Origin: a virus
Reading direction: 5' to 3' (one strand)
Virus record (IMG/VR): IMGVR_UViG_3300045988_150517
Length of the DNA stretch: 34,933 bases
Shown: positions 1 to 6,627 of the stretch, piece by piece
How positions within the stretch are numbered: position 1 is the stretch's first letter
Layout: each line of letters opens with the position of its first letter
Notes under the pieces: model-generated
What the model saw: only the letters and a program-made list of their open reading frames with translations
Told to the model about the DNA's origin: nothing
Database searches by the model: none
Position numbers and translations under genes: made by a program

Positions 1-99
1 TATTTACATTAAAATTTTAAAGTACAAAAAAGCTAGTATGTTTTAGATACTAGCTTTCATTAATTTACTATATAGAAAAATGCGGGTAGTCGGTAATGA
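1..99. repeat. Left copy of a perfect 99-bp terminal inverted repeat (partner 34835..34933)
   Basis: The reverse complement of 34835..34933 equals 1..99 base for base. Identity breaks at position 100 (c versus t). Confidence 0.95.
26..57 (-). terminator. Outward-facing rho-independent terminator inside the left inverted repeat
   Basis: 11-bp stem AAAGCTAGTAT / ATACTAGCTTT (29-39 / 47-57) with a 7-nt loop, followed by a T-run on the - strand. Confidence 0.6.
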
Positions 100-171
100 C
101 TACACACTTTCATTTGTTTTTTCTGTTGGTACACTTATAATATATCGAATTCAAATCTTTGTCAATATGCC

Positions 172-196
172 TTTTAATGTAATTTTAATGTAATTT
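172..196. repeat. Inner 25-bp inverted repeat, left copy (partner 34761..34785)
   Basis: TTTTAATGTAATTTTAATGTAATTT is the exact reverse complement of 34761..34785. It contains a tandem AATGTAATTTT unit. Confidence 0.9.
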
Positions 197-203
197 ATTT
201 ATT

Positions 204-347
204 TTAATTTTTACAAGAAAATCCTTCTTTCACTCCATTCTTATAAATCTTGTATGTATAGTTTTTAAAAAAATGTAGTAATATTCTATCTTTTAAGGTT
301 AGGTTCTGTTTCAGCTCTTGTAATATAAAATTTCTTTCATTTCTCAT
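204..347 (-). CDS. Hypothetical small protein (47 aa)
   Basis: ATG at 347 is preceded by TAGGAGGT. ORF MRNERNFILQELKQNLTLKDRILLHFFKNYTYKIYKNGVKEGFSCKN. Too short to appear in the ORF track. Confidence 0.4.
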   Translation of the reverse strand: MRNERNFILQELKQNLTLKDRILLHFFKNYTYKIYKNGVKEGFSCKN

Positions 348-490
348 TGTATAATACCTCCTATATAATTTTCTTGCCTACATATATTTTACCATATTAT
401 GTAATCAAAAATAACTATACGCAAGGTTAGGTATTATCTTCTATTTCTCTTGATATAACTATAATACATAATTCGACATTATTCGACTTT

Positions 491-658
491 TTATTTTATA
501 TCTTGTATCAATTTATCCATATAATCACTTACTGGATCTACTTCTTTATCGATTTCTCTTCTTTTAGTCTTAATATATTCAGAAGCCTCAAAATATTCTT
601 CTCTTTCCAAAAAGTTATTTATTTCATTTAAAATATTAAGCACATCCGCATTTTTCAT
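491..658 (-). CDS. Hypothetical small protein (55 aa)
   Basis: ATG at 658 is preceded by AGGAGA. ORF MKNADVLNILNEINNFLEREEYFEASEYIKTKRREIDKEVDPVSDYMDKLIQDIK. Confidence 0.45.
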   Translation of the reverse strand: MKNADVLNILNEINNFLEREEYFEASEYIKTKRREIDKEVDPVSDYMDKLIQDIK

Positions 659-805
659 AATATATCATCTCCTATTTAGTATAAATATATTATAACATAA
701 ATGTCTATATTGTAATATAGTTATTCGCATTTTAAGTCAATTTGCGGATAGTTATTTTTTTTATTGCTTTCTTATAAAATAGTTATATTGTAAGGAGGTG
801 ATAAC

Positions 806-1024
806 ATGATTCAAGTAAATGTTAAAGAATTATTAAAAAAACAAAAAAGAAGTAAATATTGGTTTGTAAAAAATATGGAAGGTGGTTATCAAGCTCTCAC
901 TAGACTTATGGAAAATCAAACAAGCAGTATTCGCTTTGATACTTTGGAAAAAATGTGTGATCTTTTTGATTGTGAAATTGGTGATATTATAGTTAGAAAG
1001 AAAGGGAAAAAAAAGCATGAGTAA
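806..1024 (+). CDS. Short XRE-family helix-turn-helix regulator (72 aa)
   Basis: TAAGGAGG RBS. HTH-like core ..YWFVKNMEGGYQALTRLMENQTSSIRFDTLEKMCDLFDC... Its stop overlaps the next start (ATGAGTAA). Confidence 0.75.
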   Translation: MIQVNVKELLKKQKRSKYWFVKNMEGGYQALTRLMENQTSSIRFDTLEKMCDLFDCEIGDIIVRKKGKKKHE

Positions 1025-1400
1025 GCTACTAATTCAATATGAAGAACTAAAGAAAAAAAATTCTAAAAAAATTTATATATTTAAAGTTGGTATTTTTTAT
1101 AATATATTAAATGAAGATGCAAGGTTGGTTTCAAAAGAAATCGGCTTAAAATTAACCGATTTGAGCCCTGAACTAATAAAATGTGGATTTCCTCTTTCTG
1201 CCCTTGAGAAATACACAAATTTATTATCAGAACATCATATCGAGTTTGAAGTTGTATCTAATCCTGCATCTTCTCCTCAAAATACTTCTTATGATAATAT
1301 TATTAAAGAAATTCAAGGTCTGGACTTAAATAATACTACTTGCAAGGAAGCATTTGATATATTATATAATATACAACAAAAAATAAAAAATATTCAATAG
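1017..1400 (+). CDS. Stand-alone MutS domain I (mismatch-binding domain)-like protein (127 aa)
   Basis: LLIQYEELKKK..IYIFKVGIFYNILNEDARLVSKEIGLKLT....KCGFPLSALEKYTNLL aligns by eye with the MutS N-terminus (MQQY..lK....llFyRmGDFYElF.eDA...s..L.i.LT....aGiP.....Y...L). No other MutS domains are present. Confidence 0.55.
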   Translation: MSKLLIQYEELKKKNSKKIYIFKVGIFYNILNEDARLVSKEIGLKLTDLSPELIKCGFPLSALEKYTNLLSEHHIEFEVVSNPASSPQNTSYDNIIKEIQGLDLNNTTCKEAFDILYNIQQKIKNIQ

Positions 1401-1418
1401 AGGAGTTTTCTCCTCTAT
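1397..1418. terminator. Bidirectional hairpin between convergent genes
   Basis: ATAGAGGAG-TTTT-CTCCTCTAT (9-bp stem) overlaps the stop region of 1017..1400 and lies just before the endolysin stop. Confidence 0.6.
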
Positions 1419-1419
1419 A

Positions 1420-2406
1420 TTATTTCAATTTTCTATTAACGATTGTTTGTATTGCATTATAATCATATCCTGCTGCTTGAAGTCTTGATTTTCTTTCTGT
1501 ACCATTTCCCCATTTACCTTGTATAACTTCATTTGCAATAACTTCATTTGATTTCTTATTTGATGTTGTAGTTTTTGCACCTAGAATTTCATTAACTCTA
1601 TTTTGAATTGCATTTCCATCGTATCCAGCTGCAGCTAATTTATTAAATCTGTCTTGTCCATTACCCCATTTGCCTGCAATAACTTCTTTTGCGACTTCAT
1701 CTACGGATTTTAAATTTGGTTTTGAGTTTGTCGAATTACCACTTAGTTTTGCATTTACTATACTTTGAATTGTACTAAAATCATAACCAGCATTTGTTAA
1801 AGCTGTTTTTCTATCTGCACCATTACCCCATTTACCAGCTATTACCTCATTAGCAATTTCTTCATTTGATTTTTTACTTGTGTTTTCTGTTGTAGAAGAT
1901 TCTTGTCCATTTATTTTATTTGCTTGTTCTGCAATATAATCCATTTTAGATAATAGATAATCACCAGGACAAGTTGTCGCAGCATACATTCTATGCCATA
2001 CTAAATTTTGACCTTTTACAAGTTTGCCTAAATTATTTCTTTTTGCAATATCTGCAACTAATTCTATAAGTTTATTTAAAACAGCATCAGAAACAGGATA
2101 ATCTCCTCCTAATGAACTATTTGATGTTTCAATAGTTACTGATTTACAGTTAGAGTCCCAATTCGAATTGCAATATGATGTATTTGCTTCATCTACATAT
2201 AAACCTACTTCTGCATCTTTTCCTATACCATAGTTACTAGAAGCTTTTCTACTTCCATTTTGGAATATTCCACCACATTGTTTTGCAGTTAATATTCCTG
2301 CCATGTGATGAATTGCTATTTTTTCAATTTTTCTTCCGCTTCTTCCAATAGTATAATTGTTAGAATGTGCAGGTACTTTTACATTTACTAAACTTGAATT
2401 ACTCAT
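1420..2406 (-). CDS. Endolysin: N-acetylmuramoyl-L-alanine amidase (Amidase_2/PGRP type) with three CW_7 (Cpl-7-like) wall-binding repeats
   Basis: N-terminal ..KIAIHHMAG.. and ..VWHRMYAATTCPG.. motifs. Three repeats of GKWGNGxxRxxxLxxAGYDxxxIQxxVN. Confidence 0.9.
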   Translation of the reverse strand: MSNSSLVNVKVPAHSNNYTIGRSGRKIEKIAIHHMAGILTAKQCGGIFQNGSRKASSNYGIGKDAEVGLYVDEANTSYCNSNWDSNCKSVTIETSNSSLGGDYPVSDAVLNKLIELVADIAKRNNLGKLVKGQNLVWHRMYAATTCPGDYLLSKMDYIAEQANKINGQESSTTENTSKKSNEEIANEVIAGKWGNGADRKTALTNAGYDFSTIQSIVNAKLSGNSTNSKPNLKSVDEVAKEVIAGKWGNGQDRFNKLAAAGYDGNAIQNRVNEILGAKTTTSNKKSNEVIANEVIQGKWGNGTERKSRLQAAGYDYNAIQTIVNRKLK

Positions 2407-2483
2407 TATTCTTCCTCTCCTTTCCCATTTGTGAATTCTATTTCCATTTCCTCTGTCATAACTACTTCTTCTTTTTCATCCAT
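2406..2483 (-). CDS. Acidic 25-aa micro-ORF translationally coupled to the endolysin
   Basis: ATAAGGAGG RBS, ATG at 2483, peptide MDEKEEVVMTEEMEIEFTNGKGEEE. Its TAA shares one nt with the endolysin ATG (TAATG). Confidence 0.3.
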   Translation of the reverse strand: MDEKEEVVMTEEMEIEFTNGKGEEE

Positions 2484-2507
2484 AACGATGACCTCCTTAT
2501 AAAAAAT

Positions 2508-2542
2508 AATACTGGAAGTTTTTTTATTTTTCTTCCAGTATT
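2508..2542 (-). terminator. Strong hairpin between holin and endolysin (terminator or attenuator-like)
   Basis: 11-bp stem AATACTGGAAG / CTTCCAGTATT (2508-2518 / 2532-2542) with a T/A-rich loop and a T-rich tail on the - strand. Confidence 0.5.
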
Positions 2543-2575
2543 TAAAAATCACAAGAATAAATTTCTTGTATTAAA

Positions 2576-2830
2576 TTATTGATTTTTTGCATCATAAGCC
2601 ACAACTGCAGTTCCTACTCCACCTACGGCAGTTATTACTGCTGTTATTACATCATTAACGCCTAAATTTTCTATATGTATTAAGCAACCTACTATTGATG
2701 CAATTGCAATTATGATTATATTTTGAACTGTTATAGGTAAATCATAATTCCATCCAAAGTGTTTTGACACTTTTCCTGCAATATAAGTAAATAATGTTGT
2801 TATAACATATACTAAAAATTGTACTGTCAT
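2576..2830 (-). CDS. Holin-like small membrane protein (84 aa)
   Basis: Hydrophobic segments with a charged C-terminus. GGAAGGAGGG RBS. Lies between XhlA and the endolysin. Confidence 0.7.
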   Translation of the reverse strand: MTVQFLVYVITTLFTYIAGKVSKHFGWNYDLPITVQNIIIIAIASIVGCLIHIENLGVNDVITAVITAVGGVGTAVVAYDAKNQ

Positions 2831-2846
2831 ATTACTTCCCTCCTTC

Positions 2847-3161
2847 CTATTTTAATCCTAATTTAAAAAGAGCAAATGCTACTATTGCATAGAATAAATA
2901 ATCGATCAACTTATCCCATTTCATCCCTTTTACTTTATCTGTTTTAGTAGATTCCTCTACTATTGCTTTATCATGTTTATCTAGCTTTTCATTTATGCCT
3001 GAAATGTTTTTTTCTACATTTCCCATTCTGTAATCCATCTTTTCCATGATTTTGTATGTGTTTTGTAACTCTTTTATTTGTTCATCATGTTCATCTATTC
3101 TTTTTGTATTGGACTTCGCTCTTTCTTCTAAATGTGCAATTGCAATTTCTGGACTATCCAT
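2847..3161 (-). CDS. xhlA: XhlA-family lysis-associated membrane protein
   Basis: Likely start is ATG 3161 (AGAGGAGAAAGCCG ATG). N-terminal coiled coil (IAHLEERAKSNTKRIDEHDEQIKELQ) plus a C-terminal TM helix, as in PBSX XhlA. Confidence 0.7.
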   Translation of the reverse strand: MDSPEIAIAHLEERAKSNTKRIDEHDEQIKELQNTYKIMEKMDYRMGNVEKNISGINEKLDKHDKAIVEESTKTDKVKGMKWDKLIDYLFYAIVAFALFKLGLK

Positions 3162-3206
3162 CGGCTTTCTCCTCTCTTGTAAAATTAATAAAAAAAGCAA
3201 AAAAAC

Positions 3207-3234
3207 AACGCTTTAAAATCAATTTTAAGGCGTT
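3207..3234 (-). terminator. Rho-independent terminator after the xkdX-like gene
   Basis: ~12-13 bp stem AACGCTTTAAAAT / ATTTTAAGGCGTT with one G.U pair, followed by a T-run on the - strand. Confidence 0.6.
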
Positions 3235-3303
3235 TATTTTTTTACTTAATATACTTTTATTGCCTGAATTCAAGGCATTTATGGACTTTTGCTCTGAAAG
3301 CAA

Positions 3304-3447
3304 TTACTCATAATCTTCTTTAGTTATTTCTTTGTATTCTTCTGCCGTAATCCACTTTCCAACTGCATTATATACTCTTGCTTCATTCCAAATTCCATTA
3401 TCATAATAGTTTTTTACCTTTTCAAAATTTTTGCTATGTTCGTTCAT
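3304..3447 (-). CDS. xkdX: XkdX-family phage protein (47 aa)
   Basis: MNEHSKNFEKVKNYYDNGIWNEARVYNAVGKWITAEEYKEITKEDYE matches the XkdX pattern (..YY..G.W......V..G.IT.EEYkeIT). Too short to appear in the ORF track. Confidence 0.8.
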   Translation of the reverse strand: MNEHSKNFEKVKNYYDNGIWNEARVYNAVGKWITAEEYKEITKEDYE

Positions 3448-3450
3448 TGA

Positions 3451-3771
3451 CTACACCTCCTCAAGATCAACATCAGTCATCATTGCTAGATATTCTATAT
3501 CTGCTTTTGTTTTTATTTTATCAATTTCATCTGCAGATAATTGTCTTAATACAAAATAATAGCCATCTTCATAATGAACAATTTGTACTAATTCTACATG
3601 TTCAAGTTCTTCAGATGTTTTATCAGTTTCATTTTCAATTGTAATTTTTGATAATTTACCTTTAAAATCATCTTCAGTTATTTTTGTTTTTGAAATATAA
3701 TTATTTCCACTCAATTTTAAGTCTTTAAGTTGTGTTCCATCAGATAACGTAATTTTCCATGATTTTTCCAT
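3451..3771 (-). CDS. Hypothetical phage protein in the XkdW position (106 aa)
   Basis: Strong AAGGAGG RBS 7 nt before ATG 3771. Lies between the tail-fibre/DGR block and xkdX. Confidence 0.55.
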   Translation of the reverse strand: MEKSWKITLSDGTQLKDLKLSGNNYISKTKITEDDFKGKLSKITIENETDKTSEELEHVELVQIVHYEDGYYFVLRQLSADEIDKIKTKADIEYLAMMTDVDLEEV

Positions 3772-4877
3772 TTCGGTACCTCCTTAAATAAATCATAATA
3801 TAATTGCGACATATTACTTATTTGTTGCATTGACATTTTTTTATAATTTCCTGCCATCCAACTTTTAAAACTATTTTCTATATCGTTACTTTTCATTTTT
3901 CCTTTGTCCAATAGTCTTTTGTATGCTTTTAGTTTTCTTCTTTCTCGAGTTACTGTTTTTGTACTTATCTTTTTTATTATTCTTCCTGTTGGTGTTAGTG
4001 AATAATTTATTTGTAATACTTTAAATTGTTGAGATAATTTTACTATTCTTGTTTTCCTATCATTAACTATTAATCCTAGTTTACTTGATATAATTTTTAT
4101 TTCTTTTAGTAATTGCTTTAAAAATTCTTTATCTTGATGAATGATATAACTATCATCCGTATATCTTCCATAATATTTGCATCCTCTAACAATTTTTATA
4201 TAATTGTCTATTTGTGATGGATACGAAATTCCTATATTTTGAGATGGTTGACTTCCAATATCTACGCCTTTTCCATTTTTATTATCTATATTAAATACAT
4301 CAAATAGATTTTTTAAAATCCACATAGTAATTTTTGCTTCTTCAGGGTTTACTTTTCTTAAAAAATATTGTAACTTCTTTAAACATAAATCATGAGGAAT
4401 ACTTGCATAATATCCGCTAAAATCAATTAACAATATGTATCCCTCATTACTTTTATATTTTCTATAATATTGATGTAAGTGTGTTTCAAATCTTTTTCTA
4501 TGAAAAGCCACACCTCTATTCTTTTGACTTGCACCATTATCATAGATTAAATATGGAGAAATAGCTGGACTTAAAACATTATCGCAAAGTAAATGATTAA
4601 TTGTTTTATCAACCATATTATTACTTGTAATATGTCTTATTTTTCCTCGTTCATTTATAGTAAATTTTTTTCCTGCTACTGGTTTATATTTCCACTCTTT
4701 CAAATCTTTTAAAATTTGTGCTGTTTCTATCAAATGGTTCATTTCGAACAATTGTGATTGATATTTAAAAGGTGCTCCTTGAATTGCCTTTGTTCCAGCT
4801 TCATAAATTTTATTTGCATCATAAAAAATATTCATAAAAATCACTTTAATAGTATTACTGGTCGTAACCAAATACAT
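3717..4877 (-). CDS. DGR-type reverse transcriptase
   Basis: RT motifs ..LLIDFSGYYASI.., ..YDNGASQKNRGV.., ..GRYTDDSYII.. (YxDD), ..LGLIVNDRKTRIV... An alternative start at ATG 4835 (MNIFYDANKIY) is likely. It lies immediately downstream of the TR. Confidence 0.9.
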   Translation of the reverse strand: MYLVTTSNTIKVIFMNIFYDANKIYEAGTKAIQGAPFKYQSQLFEMNHLIETAQILKDLKEWKYKPVAGKKFTINERGKIRHITSNNMVDKTINHLLCDNVLSPAISPYLIYDNGASQKNRGVAFHRKRFETHLHQYYRKYKSNEGYILLIDFSGYYASIPHDLCLKKLQYFLRKVNPEEAKITMWILKNLFDVFNIDNKNGKGVDIGSQPSQNIGISYPSQIDNYIKIVRGCKYYGRYTDDSYIIHQDKEFLKQLLKEIKIISSKLGLIVNDRKTRIVKLSQQFKVLQINYSLTPTGRIIKKISTKTVTRERRKLKAYKRLLDKGKMKSNDIENSFKSWMAGNYKKMSMQQISNMSQLYYDLFKEVPKWKNHGKLRYLMEHNLKT

Positions 4878-4980
4878 AATGATTAGTATTTATCAATTCT
4901 GCTATTGAAGGGATAATCTTTCCTTTCCTTTTCCCATATCCATACGATGGAATCAAGTCCATATAAATAAATTGTATGGG

Positions 4981-5079
4981 TTGTGAAATCAGGACGAACA
5001 CCGTTGACATTCGAAGCGTTGTTGTAACTCGAATTACCATTGTTGCTGACATTCGCGAAATTCGTAGAAGAAACGACAT
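4981..5079 (-). repeat. DGR template repeat (TR); core 4991..5079
   Basis: Aligns with 5751..5849 (VR). The sense strand is rich in AAY codons (9 Asn codons in the phantom translation VVSSTNFANVSNNGNSSYNNASNVNGVRP). Confidence 0.9.
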
Positions 5080-5100
5080 ACAAAGATTACCCACTAATTA

Positions 5101-5613
5101 TTATTTTTTTATATTTTTTAAAAACCTATTGTCAGTTTGTCGAAGTGATTTTATCATATTAAATTCTTTTTGAATTTCTAGAACCAAATTCATATACTTA
5201 TTCAAATCAGCATATAAACATTCTCCTGCATATTGCAATTCGTCTTGAAGTGCATTACAACAAGCCATAGCTCTGTCCATTTCTATACGTCTTTCTTCAA
5301 ACTCTGACATATATGTTGGAAATATTGTATTTGCAATTCTTAAATGCCTACTTATTCCTGTTGCTAATTCTATTACATTGTCTGATACTCTATTTATTTG
5401 ATTTCTATAAAATTTATACATATTTTCTTTTATTCTTATTTGTTCCTTTTCATCAAGTCCTTTTATTCTATTGTTTATTTTCTCTTCTATTTTTGAAAAT
5501 GTTATATAAAAATTATTTTCTGCTAAATTTGTTACTGCCATTCTTATCATATATGCATTATGAATTGTTTGCAATTTTGATTCTTTTCTTTCACTTTTCT
5601 TTATCTCTGACAT
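5101..5613 (-). CDS. avd: DGR accessory variability determinant (Avd)-like four-helix-bundle protein (170 aa)
   Basis: Lies between the target gene and the TR. Helical, with ..RIANTIFP....ERRIEMDRAMACCNALQDELQYA.. resembling the Avd / 23S-IVS four-helix-bundle family. Longer than a typical Avd. Confidence 0.6.
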   Translation of the reverse strand: MSEIKKSERKESKLQTIHNAYMIRMAVTNLAENNFYITFSKIEEKINNRIKGLDEKEQIRIKENMYKFYRNQINRVSDNVIELATGISRHLRIANTIFPTYMSEFEERRIEMDRAMACCNALQDELQYAGECLYADLNKYMNLVLEIQKEFNMIKSLRQTDNRFLKNIKK

Positions 5614-5712
5614 TGTAAAATAATACTATTTCTCCTTTTCTATTTTTTCAACAGAAATTATATCATTTTTATTTTCTTATTTTAACTATCTTGAAAGCTA
5701 ACTATACTATAT

Positions 5713-5733
5713 GACAGGGCATAAAGCCCTGTC
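5713..5733 (-). promoter_or_regulatory. GC-rich hairpin just downstream of the VR (DGR target-recognition hairpin candidate; may also terminate)
   Basis: GACAGGGC-ATAAA-GCCCTGTC, 8-bp stem, 10 nt past the target gene stop codon. Confidence 0.6.
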
Positions 5734-5742
5734 GATGTCTGA

Positions 5743-6603
5743 TTACACGATTAGGAAAGCAGGACGAACACCGCAGACATTCGAAGCGCTGACGTAACTC
5801 GAATTACCATAGTCGCCGACATACGCGAAAGACGCAGAAGAAACGACATCTCTTAACCAGTACCAATATCTATCTCCAGCATCATTTCTAGCAACAATCG
5901 AATCATGTCTTAACCTGAATAATGATAATTGAGAATTGTCTATTTGATAATTGTTAGGAAATGTAGATCCATTTGTAGCATTTTTGAATATTTGACAACC
6001 ATAAACCATTATCTCATTCATCAATTCTATATCAGAATCGTACCATGTTCCTCCGGTCTCACATCCATTTGAAACTGCATTTTGTAAATGATTTCTATGC
6101 TTTAATATGTGACTTGTTTCAAAATCATTTTTTATTACTGTTTTAAATTGTGCTAAATTTGTTTTATACATCGCACTACCAATATAAGCTCCATCAGTTA
6201 TATTACTAGCATTCATTTGTGCTGTTCCCATTATTCTTTCCGGTATCATCAAAACATGAGGTTTTGTACATTCTGTATCTCCCATGTGTAATCTATAATT
6301 AATATCGGCTACTAAATATTTTCTACCACTTGTTTTTCCTATGATATAATCTCCAACGAATATATCATCAAATGTTCCTGCTGCAATTTGTTTACTTAAT
6401 GTCCCATCATAAAATAAATCAGTAATATCTTTTCCTCTATAAATACTATTATGTGCACCTGCATTTTTTTCTACAAGTGCAGTAAGTAATGTGGAAATTT
6501 TAACTTTTTTAGTTGTTCCATTTTCCACATCAACAACAGGTAATATATCTGTTGTTTGAAGATTCTTTAATTCTTCAAGTTCTGAAATTTTTTTAATTCC
6601 CAT
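5743..6603 (-). CDS. DGR target: tail-fibre / receptor-binding protein with a C-terminal variable (C-type-lectin-like) region
   Basis: N-terminus MGIKKISELEELKNLQTTDILPVVD..GTTKKVKISTLL is tail-fibre-like. The C-terminus ..WYWLRDVVSSASFAYVGDYGNSSYVSASNVCGVRPAFLIV carries the VR. Confidence 0.85.
   Translation of the reverse strand: MGIKKISELEELKNLQTTDILPVVDVENGTTKKVKISTLLTALVEKNAGAHNSIYRGKDITDLFYDGTLSKQIAAGTFDDIFVGDYIIGKTSGRKYLVADINYRLHMGDTECTKPHVLMIPERIMGTAQMNASNITDGAYIGSAMYKTNLAQFKTVIKNDFETSHILKHRNHLQNAVSNGCETGGTWYDSDIELMNEIMVYGCQIFKNATNGSTFPNNYQIDNSQLSLFRLRHDSIVARNDAGDRYWYWLRDVVSSASFAYVGDYGNSSYVSASNVCGVRPAFLIV
5751..5849 (-). repeat. DGR variable repeat (VR); core 5761..5849
   Basis: 89-bp core versus TR has 12 mismatches, all at TR T on the + strand (A on the sense strand). 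The 10-bp 3' extension adds 2 more A-site changes and 1 non-A change. Confidence 0.9.
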
Positions 6604-6627
6604 AATTGTAAAATCCTCCTTATTTTT

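Noticed and set aside
4-16. 13-bp direct repeat TTACATTAAAATT (4..16 and 34764..34776) as an attL/attR core
   Set aside because: It is AT-only and short, and it is part of the nested inverted-repeat network, so the same unit occurs in both orientations at each end. It cannot be distinguished from chance or from integrase arm-type sites without host flanks.
4855-5094. ORFs 4855..5094 and 4883..5083 on the - strand
   Set aside because: They are phantom translations of the DGR template repeat and its spacer. They have no RBS, and the 66-aa product merely mirrors the VR-encoded C-terminus of the target protein with Asn at the variable positions.
5138-5144. Enrichment of Spo0A boxes (TGTCGAA) across the phage
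   Set aside because: There are three perfect copies on both strands in 35 kb. That is about what base composition predicts (my rough estimate is ~3). Only the placement of two of them is retained, as a low-interest note.
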